This document shows, one piece after another, positions 48,525 through 58,076 of a stretch of DNA of 64,000 nt (position 1 is its first letter; the number at the start of each line of letters is the position of its first letter). The position numbers and the translations under genes were made by a program. Source of the DNA: an uncultured Pirellula sp. GTDB taxonomy: Bacteria > Planctomycetota > Planctomycetia > Pirellulales > Pirellulaceae. The stretch is from contig CAIYZV010000104.1 of the NCBI GenBank assembly GCA_903930765.1, positions 539-64,538 of the forward strand, in the 5' to 3' direction. Below the pieces are notes generated by a model. The model made no database searches. It was not told the origin of the DNA and saw only the letters and a program-made list of their open reading frames with translations.

Positions 48525-49628
48525 TTACCCGTTGCGAAGAAAACGGGCTCGGATTCGGTCATGGATCCGGCTTAGTTCCGTGTCGGTACCGAGGTCACCT
48601 TCGGTCTTCCTGCAGGCATGCATGACGGTGGTATGGTCCCTGCCCGAGAAAAAACCGCCGATCGTCTCGTACGATTCCTGGGTCAATTGTCGCATGAGCA
48701 GCATGGCTAAGCCGCGCGCCCGCACGACACTGGATTTGCGCAGGGGCCCGATCAAGGTTTCCATGTTGACATTCATTTCTCGCGCCACACTCTTGGCAAT
48801 CTCCTCGCACGATGTGGGCGAAGCCGATTGGGAATCGAGGATTTTCGAAATCATTCGTGCCGGTCTGTGGTTTTTCTCGACATCGTTCCTCACCTGGTGT
48901 GCCCAACGGATCAAGAGCCCTCGAAGCTGCAATGCGGTTGTTTCTTCCGGGACCTCAGCCGCAAAGCGGTCGAGAACGTCTGGAGCAATCTTTGGGTTGG
49001 ACTGGGACGCCAAGAGATGCAGGATCGCTCTCCTCGCGGAACCACCAGGCGGCCTCAATGAAATGCTGTGCCCGCTGCCGATGCGGCTGACCAAGGCCGT
49101 CGAGAGACCTTGGACGAGCGGTGCCAATTCGCTCGATGTGAACAACGCAAGCTTCCCATCCGAAAGGAGATGGTCGAGCGAATGCACCAGCTCTTCTTGA
49201 GCCACTGGTTTTCCAACAAGTTCATGAATGTTGTCGACGAGCAAGCAATCGCAATCGCGATGGACTTGGCGGAAGCGTTCCATGTCATCGGCTTTGATCG
49301 CGCGTGTCAAAGAGCGGCTAAACTCGGCGCCGCTGGTCATGGTGATGCGTCGATTGGACCCTTCGTTCATCCACAGGGATGCCATGGTAGCGGCCAGGGA
49401 GGTTTTTCCAGTTCCACTAGGGCCTGTCAACAAGACCGGCGACCTCTGCGTCAATCGGGCGATCGATTCCGGGTTCACGCACTCGAAGGCACATTGGTTC
49501 TCCGGTCCAGCAACAAACGTATCGACGATAGGATTTGGACAAACCAGAAAGCCATAGGATCCCTTTCGCAGCGATGGCTGCATCAAGCCGATATGGCTCA
49601 CGGAGGGTTGGGTTTCGATGGTCGTCAT
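48525..49628 (-). CDS. DnaA-like AAA+ protein (domains III+IV only) with Hda-like Walker B
   Basis: TFVAGPENQCAF, Walker A GPSGTGKT, LLVDNIHEL, C-terminal DnaA HTH (GRDHTTVMHA); ATG 49628 (track start TTG 49649). Confidence 0.8.
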   Translation of the reverse strand: MTTIETQPSVSHIGLMQPSLRKGSYGFLVCPNPIVDTFVAGPENQCAFECVNPESIARLTQRSPVLLTGPSGTGKTSLAATMASLWMNEGSNRRITMTSGAEFSRSLTRAIKADDMERFRQVHRDCDCLLVDNIHELVGKPVAQEELVHSLDHLLSDGKLALFTSSELAPLVQGLSTALVSRIGSGHSISLRPPGGSARRAILHLLASQSNPKIAPDVLDRFAAEVPEETTALQLRGLLIRWAHQVRNDVEKNHRPARMISKILDSQSASPTSCEEIAKSVAREMNVNMETLIGPLRKSSVVRARGLAMLLMRQLTQESYETIGGFFSGRDHTTVMHACRKTEGDLGTDTELSRIHDRIRARFLRNG

Positions 49629-49842
49629 TCCAACGTCGTCAGGAAACAATGTTAAGTGATGTCAAGCAGGAGACCTGCGTAGAACCCGTTCTCTGCACAC
49701 AAACCGGCACTACGTACCATCTCATGATGGTCGATTCTTGCACGCTCATGCCGCGAGGTCACGCGGTAGTTGATGGACGCCCCCAGTGTACTCGGAAGGG
49801 CTCGCGGGGATCAGGTTTTGGCCACAAGAATTATGGAGGCGA

Positions 49843-51849
49843 CTATTCGGCTGTGTCCAAGTAGGGGTCTTGGCCCATCTCCCTCTGGATTTTGGTCCGT
49901 TCTTTTTCGTGGTACAGCAGAGCCATCCGATCCCGAAAGTGCTTCCGCTCTACCTTGCGCTGGGCTCTGCGGAACAACCGGGAGTACGAGTTACTGAATT
50001 GCTTGGTTTTTCCGAGTTCTTGATAGCGGTCAGCGGCTTTAAGCCCAAACCCATTCCGCAGAATATCGTCGTCGAGGGCCAAGTACTGGCGGTAGGTTCC
50101 CGGGTCTCCTTGGCGGCCGCAACGACCGATCAACTGGCGGTCGATTCGAGCCGCATCATGAAGTTCGGTGCAGATGACCATCATTCCTCCCAAAGCCCGG
50201 ACGCTGTCTTCGAGTTTCACGTCGGTACCTCGTCCCGCCATGTTGGTCGCCACGGTGATTTGGCCTTGTTGTCCGGCCAAGCTTACGATTTCCGCTTCGC
50301 GTTCGATCTCGTTGGCGTTGAGCACTTGAACCGATAGTCCTTGATCCCGAAGCATTTGAGCGAGAATGTTGGACTTATCGATGGATCTGGTCCCGATCAA
50401 AACCGGTCGCCCTACCGATTGAACTTGCTTGACCTCCTCGACGATTCGCTCGAATTTATCCATCATGTCAGCGCATACAACATCGGGAAGGCGTTTGCGC
50501 TGCGGAGGACGATTGGTGGGAACTTGGATGACCGGTGTTTTGTAGATGCGCCGCAGTTCCCCGGCACTCGTTGCGGCGGTACCTGTCATCCCGGCTAGTG
50601 CTTTGTAACGAAGGAAGAGGTCCTGGACAGTGATACGAGCCGCTTGGCCGGTCGGCACGCTGACTTCAACGCCTGCTTGAGCCTCGACCGCTTGGTGGAT
50701 CCCATCCCTCCATTTTCGACCTTCGGCAAGGCGTCCAGTGAACTCGTCCACGATGACGACTTCGCCGTCGATGATCACGTATTGTCGCTCGAGATGGAAA
50801 TCCCGGAGCACCTTGACGGATCGTTCGATGTATTCATAGAGATCGACGAGGGCCACCAATCGAATATTCTCTGGGCGAGGAAGGGCTCGGACCCGCTGGC
50901 GCCCGCGCGCGGTTAATTCGATCTTGCGAGAATCCTCTTCGATGGTGAAGTCTTCTTTGTAGACAAACTCGGATGCGTGTTCGGATGCCCATCGAAAGGT
51001 CGCGATGACCGCTTCACGAGCTTCATCCCCCATGGACCCAATGATGAGAGGCGTTCTCGCTTCGTCGATAAGAATACTGTCGGCCTCATCGACAAGGGCG
51101 AAATGCATCCCGCGTTGGACGGGTTGCTCACCGGTCGAATTCCAGCGTTGATGGGAACCTGCGCCGAGAAAATCGTCGACCGCTCTCCCTTGGGCCCGCA
51201 TCAAAAGGCGATCCCGAAGAAAGTCGAAACCGAATTCTTTCGCCGTTCCGTAGGTGACATCCGCGCCGTAAGCCTTGCGGCGTTCGTCCTGATTGTGGTC
51301 GGTGAGGACGATACCGACTTTCAATCCGAGTGCGTCGTACAAGGGTTTCATCCATTGGGCGTCGCGTTGGGCTAGATAATCGTTGACCGTTGCGAGGTGG
51401 GCCCCTTTGCCTTGCAACGAGTGCAGGATCAGCGGCAAGGTCGCCGTCAGCGTTTTGCCTTCCCCAGTTTGCATCTCGGCGATGCAACCATCAAACAAAC
51501 AGACGCCCCCGAAGATCTGAACGTCATAATGGCGCATATTAAGCCGCCTGCGTCCGGCCTCGCGAATCAGCGAGTAGGTTTCGGGTAGCAACACCCCGAG
51601 AGGCTCACCACTTTTCGCTCGGTATACCAGCGACAGTGCCTCTTTGCGCAATTGCGGATCGGTCAACTGACGACGGCCATCTTCGAGCATGTTCACCGCC
51701 CGAGCTTTTTCCATCCATTCATTGATCTTGTAGCGGCCCACGCCTGGAATCTTCCAACCAGCGGCGACGAACGGGCGGTAGGGAAGCTGGAGGGTCGGTT
51801 TCGTAGGCTCCGTGTTCACATTCGTCGTTGTGTCTGAGGTTGGAGCCAT
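49843..51849 (-). CDS. SecA-like motor ATPase lacking the C-terminal scaffold/wing/CTL regions
   Basis: MQTGEGKTLTATLP, TVNDYLAQRD, VDEADSILIDEARTPLII, GRCGRQGDPG motifs; only 668 aa. Confidence 0.85.
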   Translation of the reverse strand: MAPTSDTTTNVNTEPTKPTLQLPYRPFVAAGWKIPGVGRYKINEWMEKARAVNMLEDGRRQLTDPQLRKEALSLVYRAKSGEPLGVLLPETYSLIREAGRRRLNMRHYDVQIFGGVCLFDGCIAEMQTGEGKTLTATLPLILHSLQGKGAHLATVNDYLAQRDAQWMKPLYDALGLKVGIVLTDHNQDERRKAYGADVTYGTAKEFGFDFLRDRLLMRAQGRAVDDFLGAGSHQRWNSTGEQPVQRGMHFALVDEADSILIDEARTPLIIGSMGDEAREAVIATFRWASEHASEFVYKEDFTIEEDSRKIELTARGRQRVRALPRPENIRLVALVDLYEYIERSVKVLRDFHLERQYVIIDGEVVIVDEFTGRLAEGRKWRDGIHQAVEAQAGVEVSVPTGQAARITVQDLFLRYKALAGMTGTAATSAGELRRIYKTPVIQVPTNRPPQRKRLPDVVCADMMDKFERIVEEVKQVQSVGRPVLIGTRSIDKSNILAQMLRDQGLSVQVLNANEIEREAEIVSLAGQQGQITVATNMAGRGTDVKLEDSVRALGGMMVICTELHDAARIDRQLIGRCGRQGDPGTYRQYLALDDDILRNGFGLKAADRYQELGKTKQFSNSYSRLFRRAQRKVERKHFRDRMALLYHEKERTKIQREMGQDPYLDTAE

Positions 51850-52226
51850 GGATTTGCCTGCAAAGTCTTTTTTTCAGAAAACGAACCAGCGTTGCTAGCC
51901 CGAACGCAACGAGATCGTCGGGCCGACAATTCCAGGTTCGAGTCATTGCCGAACCGAACGTTACCACATTGCCCAGCCGGTTACCCCAACAGAACTCTGT
52001 AGTTCGCTTGATTCTACGCAACAAAACGATTTTCGTCCTGTCTTTCTCGAGCAGACCAGTTCCTCTTTGGGCAAGCGTACAAGCCGACCTCCCAGAGCCC
52101 CAAATGACAGTTTGGGAAAGATGGGAAGAATAATCCTGTTGTTCCTTTTTTTTCTTAGCTTAGGCGTGTATCAACCGATCCTAAAATCCGAAAGGTAAGC
52201 AAGCCAACGCTTAGCGAGAATGTACT

Positions 52227-53666
52227 ATGAGAATGAATCGAAAAACCCTCACCCTCATTGTGGCCTCTCTTTGTGGAGCAGGTACGTCCGCAATGGGACA
52301 AGACGATTCCAGGTTCGCGGCGCGTTCCAACGTGGGCCGGATCGGTGACAGCGGGGCACAAGACGATGTTGCAAACGTCGCAGTACCGTCCGTGTCTGAT
52401 AACGGATCTGCTGGCCGGCTTACGGATCAATCATCCGCGGGCCAGTTCGCCAGCCCTTCGGATGTGGCTGCTGACTCAGGAGCGGGATATGGTATCGTTG
52501 GTTCAGGTAGCGAGCTGCCAGTCGCCACCATGAACGCCGAAGCCTATTCGGCGAGCACCTTGGGCTCATCGATGTCCTACTCGGATTATAACACCTCGTG
52601 CACAACATCCTCGACATCCCGTGGTGGCCTTGGTTGGGCGGACTTCGATACGCTTCTATGGTGGGGACGGAGTCAAACGAACGCCCCAACGATCCTTGGA
52701 GGCAATTCGCCAACCGTTCTACCGACGAACGCCATCGGGGGTGGATTGAACGATCCGGTTGGAAATGAGCTTTTGGTCGGACTCCGTGCCAACCTCGGTT
52801 TCTGGCTCGATGACTGCGAAAACTACGGGTTCGGTGGCCGGGCTTGGGGGATGCTCAGCAATGGCACTACCCAAACGTTCACCAACGGCGGTAACTCCAC
52901 CGGAATAGGTTTCTTCAACACCAGCCTGAACCAACCAGACGCTTACATCGTGAATCTCGATCGTGGTGTCTTCGGTGCCAACACCGGAACGATCACGGTC
53001 GCAAACGAAATTGATGCGTTCTCCGGTGAACTCTACGGACGAGCTCTCTTGATCGGCGATCGCAACAACCGAACCGACCTGATCGGTGGATACACATTCC
53101 TACGACTCGACTCGGGATATCGATTGAGCTCGTCGGTTCTCGACGGTTGGACAGATGCTCCTCCGCCTGTGGGAACCACAACCTCGATCACCGACCAGTT
53201 CTCCACGAAAAATACTTTCAACGGTGGTCATATCGGATTGATGAACGATATGCGTCGAGGCCGAGTCGGCTTCAGCTTGTTGGGCAAGATCGCCATGGGG
53301 AATATGGAGTCGACGAGCATCATCTCGGGTACGTACAGCCAAGTACCTCCACCCCCGGCAGTTCCTGACAATCAGAACCGCGGTCTGTTCGCTCAGAACA
53401 GCAACATCGGAACCATAAGCCGTAACAGCTTTACATTTATCCCCGAGATGAATGCTCGGATGCGTTATCAACTAGGCCGTGCCCAACTTGGTGTTGGCTA
53501 CTCGTTGATCGTCCTCCCACAAGTTGCAATGGCGACCAGCCAAATCGATCAGAACATCGATGCTCTTGGGATCCCGACACAGACGACGACAACACCACTT
53601 CCCAACTTCAACCTGGAATCCTACTTCCTGCACGGTTTGGACCTTGGGGTAAGCTTCTCGTTCTAA
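52227..53666 (+). CDS. outer-membrane beta-barrel protein, BBP7-like (planctomycetal porin family)
   Basis: Signal peptide, G/N/T/S-rich alternating pattern, C-terminal LGVSFSF; family name from memory of Pfam BBP7. Confidence 0.6.
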   Translation: MRMNRKTLTLIVASLCGAGTSAMGQDDSRFAARSNVGRIGDSGAQDDVANVAVPSVSDNGSAGRLTDQSSAGQFASPSDVAADSGAGYGIVGSGSELPVATMNAEAYSASTLGSSMSYSDYNTSCTTSSTSRGGLGWADFDTLLWWGRSQTNAPTILGGNSPTVLPTNAIGGGLNDPVGNELLVGLRANLGFWLDDCENYGFGGRAWGMLSNGTTQTFTNGGNSTGIGFFNTSLNQPDAYIVNLDRGVFGANTGTITVANEIDAFSGELYGRALLIGDRNNRTDLIGGYTFLRLDSGYRLSSSVLDGWTDAPPPVGTTTSITDQFSTKNTFNGGHIGLMNDMRRGRVGFSLLGKIAMGNMESTSIISGTYSQVPPPPAVPDNQNRGLFAQNSNIGTISRNSFTFIPEMNARMRYQLGRAQLGVGYSLIVLPQVAMATSQIDQNIDALGIPTQTTTTPLPNFNLESYFLHGLDLGVSFSF

Positions 53667-53802
53667 CGAGCTAGCTTAAGAAATCGATCTCAGCAAATGA
53701 TGGAGTGCACCGCGGCTCTTCGCCGCGGTCCTCTCCGTTTGCTGACAGATCACAAACGCCGGATATGGTCTCGTTCGCACTACTCCTACAAAAGATCTCG
53801 AT

Positions 53803-54291
53803 ATGGTTCCTGTGATCGTTCACGACATCGGAAACTGGTTGGATCAGTTCGCGTCAACCTTGGACCGTTGGGAAAAGCTCCTGTGCGAACTGCGAGCGTC
53901 GTACTTGCGAGGGGATCAACAAAGCATTCTCCTTCTTTGCGTGACCGGCGAAGAGGTTCAACGGGAGATCGCTAGGGATAAAGAGACCCGCCATCGATTG
54001 CTTGAGCAAGCCCGTGAGCTCGGCTACAACGCGGCCAATTTCAGAGAGCTATCTCGGCAACTCGACAGCCAATGGCCGGCCCTTTGGACGCATCGGATCC
54101 AATCCCTTGAGAATCAACTGAACCGGATCCAGCAGCTCAGCATGAGCTTGTGGGTCAGCGCTTTCCAATCGCGTGAATTCGTATCGGAAATGATACGGAT
54201 CTTGGCGACCGGTCGCTCGGCCAACGCAACGTATTCGCCGACGGAATCGAGCTCCCATGAGGGAGGATTCATGGTGAACGAAGCGGCCTGA
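53803..54291 (+). CDS. flgN: FlgN-like flagellar export chaperone (putative)
   Basis: 162-aa helical protein immediately upstream of flgK; assignment rests mainly on position and composition. Confidence 0.5.
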   Translation: MVPVIVHDIGNWLDQFASTLDRWEKLLCELRASYLRGDQQSILLLCVTGEEVQREIARDKETRHRLLEQARELGYNAANFRELSRQLDSQWPALWTHRIQSLENQLNRIQQLSMSLWVSAFQSREFVSEMIRILATGRSANATYSPTESSSHEGGFMVNEAA

Positions 54292-54319
54292 CCTTTCCCT
54301 TACGCGGAGATGACGAAAC

Positions 54320-56020
54320 GTGTCACTATTCGGTGCAGTCCAAAGCTCATCCAACGCACTCCGCGTCAATCAAATCGGATTGCAGGTTGTTGGCAATAAC
54401 ATTGCCAACGCCAACACACCCGGCTACATCCGACAGGAGTTGGTACAAACTGCTGCGCAAGGGTACCGTTCGGGGGATGTGATCATCGGCCAGGGGGTTC
54501 TGGCAATCGGTGTCCAACAGAAGGTGGACAACCTGGTGCTGGATCGGTTGCGCAGTGCGACCAGCGAAGTCTCCTATCAAGAGCAACTGGAGTCGAGCAA
54601 TCAGCAAACCGAGAGTTTGCTCAACGAGTTGTCGACCCGCGACTTCTCCTCCATGCTCAATCGCTTTTCCAACGCATTTCAAGAGATTTCCAATCAGCCA
54701 GGAAATGAGGCGATGCGGGCGATGGCACTGCAACGCGGCCAAGAGCTCTCCAACCAGTTGCGAGGTCTCTCCGAAAGCGTCCTCAGCGCTTCTGAGAAAA
54801 ACAGGCAAGGCATCTTCTCTGCTGCCGACGATATCAATCGATTATCGAAAAGTATCTCGAATCTCAATGTTCGGATCATGGAACTCGAAGGAGGCAGAAC
54901 ATCAAAATCGGACGCTGTCGGTCTCCGAGATGAGCGGTTAAAGGCCCTCGACGAACTTGCAACCATCACCAACATCAGCGTTTCGGAACAAACCAACGGG
55001 TCCGTGTCGGTCTTTATCGGCGGTGACTTTTTGCTTTCCGGTGCGAATCGCCGAGATGTGAAGGTCGTCACTTCGCCATTCAATGAAAACAAAACCGAAG
55101 TTCAATTCACGGACACGGAAACGGCACTCGACATCAGCGCTGGCCGCCTTAAAGGCCTTTACGACACCGCCGCTCCTTGGAAACCAGGCGGCATGAAGTA
55201 CAACCTGGATAAAATGGCCAAGGACTTAATCAATGTTGTTAATCGACTGCACTCACAAGGCCAAGGTACCGTTGGCTTTCGCGATGTTGTGTCCGAGTCT
55301 TCCGTCGGTCCAACGTATCTGCCACTGGAGCAATCCAATCCCGACTTCAGCATCGACAACGGAGCGTTTACGATCACCGTAACCGATGCTCGAACCAACG
55401 CCGCAAAGACCTACGATATCCCCGTACGACAGCTGGGACTTTCCGACGACACAACCCCAAAGCAATTGGTGGACTCCATCGATGCAATCGATGGGTTAGC
55501 TGCGTCCATCACCAACGACGGTCGTATTCAGATCAAAAGCGATTCGGAAGCCATCAAGTTTAGCTTTTCGAACGACACCAGCGGTGTGTTGGCCGCTATT
55601 GGTATCAATACCTTCTTCCGCGGGAATAATTCGTCGGATATCGAAGTGCGTCCGACTCTCATTCAAAATCCATCCCAAGTCGCAGTGAGCCTGAAGGGGA
55701 TCGGTAACGGTGGTGACAATGCCATCCGTATTGCGGAGGCCTTCACGAAAGCCAACGATCTGCTCGGTGGCCAAAGCTTGAATGGCGTCTATGACGGAAT
55801 GATTGCTGACACGACTCGTTCCATCAACGAACAAAAAGGGATCGCCGATGGGCTGAGGAATTTCAAGCAGTCGCTCGAAGCCCAGCACTTGGGTATTTCG
55901 GGGGTAAATCTCGATGAGGAAGCGATCAAGATGATGCTGTTCCAACGGGCATTCCAAGCCACCAGCCGTGTCATCGCTGCCGCTACCGAAATGCTTCAAA
56001 CCCTTGTGGAACTCGTGTAG
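54320..56020 (+). CDS. flgK: flagellar hook-associated protein 1
   Basis: GTG start, N-terminus MSLFGAVQSSSNALRVNQIGLQVVGNNIANANTPGY; conserved C-terminal helix. Confidence 0.92.
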   Translation: MSLFGAVQSSSNALRVNQIGLQVVGNNIANANTPGYIRQELVQTAAQGYRSGDVIIGQGVLAIGVQQKVDNLVLDRLRSATSEVSYQEQLESSNQQTESLLNELSTRDFSSMLNRFSNAFQEISNQPGNEAMRAMALQRGQELSNQLRGLSESVLSASEKNRQGIFSAADDINRLSKSISNLNVRIMELEGGRTSKSDAVGLRDERLKALDELATITNISVSEQTNGSVSVFIGGDFLLSGANRRDVKVVTSPFNENKTEVQFTDTETALDISAGRLKGLYDTAAPWKPGGMKYNLDKMAKDLINVVNRLHSQGQGTVGFRDVVSESSVGPTYLPLEQSNPDFSIDNGAFTITVTDARTNAAKTYDIPVRQLGLSDDTTPKQLVDSIDAIDGLAASITNDGRIQIKSDSEAIKFSFSNDTSGVLAAIGINTFFRGNNSSDIEVRPTLIQNPSQVAVSLKGIGNGGDNAIRIAEAFTKANDLLGGQSLNGVYDGMIADTTRSINEQKGIADGLRNFKQSLEAQHLGISGVNLDEEAIKMMLFQRAFQATSRVIAAATEMLQTLVELV

Positions 56021-56044
56021 CCGACACTTTTGCAAGCGTGATTT

Positions 56045-58033
56045 ATGCTCAACTCCTTCTATCCCGTCGTTGCAGGTCGTACGAGCGATGCCCAGTCGCG
56101 GTATCGCACCCTCTATCAAGTACAATCCGGCAAGATCGGCATCTCGCGATTGCAAGATGAGTTAGCCACCGGTCGACGGATCCTCGCGCCCAGCGATGAC
56201 CCAACCGCAGCGATACGGGTCATCGGATTGCAGCGAGAGCAAGAGTTCCGCGATCAAGCGATGGTCAACCTCCAATCCTCCACGCAATTTCTCAATGCAA
56301 CCGAGGCCAACCTCGCAAATATCCAAAATGTGATCACTGACATGCGAGGACTCAGCGTTGCCGCGAGCAGCAACGTGATCTCGGAAGAAGAACGTCAAGG
56401 GATGCTCACCGAAATCAACTCTTCGATCAATCGATTGCTCTCGACGACAAACACAAAGTACCAAGACAGATACTTATTCAGTGGTGGCAGCGTTTCTACA
56501 AGCACCGTTGCCCTCAATCGTGATCTAGTGCAGTTCCAGGGGAATGACAATAGCCTACTGAGTATCGCCGATGACGGGCAGTACATGGCTCACAATGTCA
56601 CGGGTCAAAAAGCACTCGGACTAATGAGCACCAGCGTCGTCTCCACCGCAAACCTTTCCCCGGCCCCGTTGGCCTCAACGAGACTAGCAGATTTAAACCT
56701 CGGGAATGGCGTGTCGCCGGGTGCAATAGGATTCACCGATGGCGTTGAGACCGTCACCATCGATACGGCAAATGCGTCATCGATCAAGGATATCCTCGAC
56801 AAGGTCAATGGTAAGGTAAAATTGAGCGGTAGGGATGTCACACTCTCACTGCAGACCAATGGAACGCTGCGGGTCGATTATGCCGATGGACTGCCAGGGA
56901 TATTGCGCATCTCCGATGTCGGTACCGGCCAAACGGCGACGGAACTCGGCATCGCCACCAACGTTCCAGCCCCCACCTTGCCCGTCGATGGCGGAAAACT
57001 CAATCCGATCTTGCGATTGACGACGAAACTGTCCCAGTTGATCGATGGCGCAGGATTTAACGCTGCGGAAGGTTTTCGCATCACTCAAGGAAACCGAACC
57101 TACACGATCACGATCGGTACCGCGGAGACGCTCGAGGATGTATTCAATGCAATCCATAGGTCGGGCGCATCGATTCGAGCTGACATCACCCCGGATGGAC
57201 AGAGTATTCGCTTGCGATCCACCGAAAGTGGTTCCGATTTTTCGATCGGAGAGAATGGAGGACAACTCGCCGAACGTTTGGGAATCCGAACGTTAACGGC
57301 GCAGACACGACTGGACCAACTCAACCACGGTCGCGGTGTCAGCATCGGGGACGGTGCAGAAATTGTTCTCACTCGCGCCGACGGAACGACGTTCTCCGTC
57401 GACCTCACCGGATCGTCGACGATTCAGGATGTGATGGACAAGGTAAACTCCAACGTCCAAAACCAAACAGCCAGCTTGAAAATTACAATGTCGCTCAATA
57501 GCGTTGGGAATGGATTGACCCTATCCAGCCCTCCTGCTCCTGATGGTACCCCGACTCCTGTGCCTATTTCCATTTACGCGTTGCGAGGGAGCCAAGCGGC
57601 ATGGGATCTCGGATTGATTCCTCCCGGCTTGGATCGCAAGGATGGAGTCCTGTCGCTCAACGGCTCACAAATTGTCGGTACGGATCCGAATCCTCAAGAA
57701 GTCCGAGGTGTCTTTAATTCGCTGCTGAGACTGCGTGAAGCCCTCACCAAAAGCGATGCCGGACAAATCGCACGAGCCTCCGGTCTCCTCGATGAGGATC
57801 TCGATCGCCTCTCGGGAAGCCGAGGCTCCCTCGGTATTTCCCTCCAGCAAATCGATGACCTTGAACGCAACCACGAAGATCGACAGAACGAACTCAAAGC
57901 AGCCGAATCGGAGAACCTCGATGCCGATATGGCCTCGGTCATCACCGAACTCAACGCCAGACAAGTTGCCTACGAAGCCGGTTTGAAGCTGCTAGCAAAT
58001 AACTCTAAAATGAGTATCTTCGACTTCATCTAA
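56045..58033 (+). CDS. flgL: flagellar hook-associated protein 3 (flagellin-fold), unusually long
   Basis: Flagellin N-domain (LATGRRILAPSDDPTAA) and C-domain (ITELNARQVAYEAGLKLL); 662 aa. Confidence 0.88.
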   Translation: MLNSFYPVVAGRTSDAQSRYRTLYQVQSGKIGISRLQDELATGRRILAPSDDPTAAIRVIGLQREQEFRDQAMVNLQSSTQFLNATEANLANIQNVITDMRGLSVAASSNVISEEERQGMLTEINSSINRLLSTTNTKYQDRYLFSGGSVSTSTVALNRDLVQFQGNDNSLLSIADDGQYMAHNVTGQKALGLMSTSVVSTANLSPAPLASTRLADLNLGNGVSPGAIGFTDGVETVTIDTANASSIKDILDKVNGKVKLSGRDVTLSLQTNGTLRVDYADGLPGILRISDVGTGQTATELGIATNVPAPTLPVDGGKLNPILRLTTKLSQLIDGAGFNAAEGFRITQGNRTYTITIGTAETLEDVFNAIHRSGASIRADITPDGQSIRLRSTESGSDFSIGENGGQLAERLGIRTLTAQTRLDQLNHGRGVSIGDGAEIVLTRADGTTFSVDLTGSSTIQDVMDKVNSNVQNQTASLKITMSLNSVGNGLTLSSPPAPDGTPTPVPISIYALRGSQAAWDLGLIPPGLDRKDGVLSLNGSQIVGTDPNPQEVRGVFNSLLRLREALTKSDAGQIARASGLLDEDLDRLSGSRGSLGISLQQIDDLERNHEDRQNELKAAESENLDADMASVITELNARQVAYEAGLKLLANNSKMSIFDFI

Positions 58034-58076
58034 TGCCACACCTCTGTTGCTGACGCTCTGCGCGCGGACTCCTCAA

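Noticed and set aside
48277-49842. Replication origin flanking the DnaA-like gene
   Set aside because: I could not find multiple TTATCCACA/TGTGGATAA-like boxes in either intergenic region. There is only a short AT-rich patch at ~48425-48455. This cannot be settled without GC-skew or whole-genome context.
53667-53802. Sigma-28 (TAAA-N15-GCCGATAA) promoter upstream of flgN
   Set aside because: A GCCGGATA element is present, but there is no TAAA-like -35 at the required spacing.
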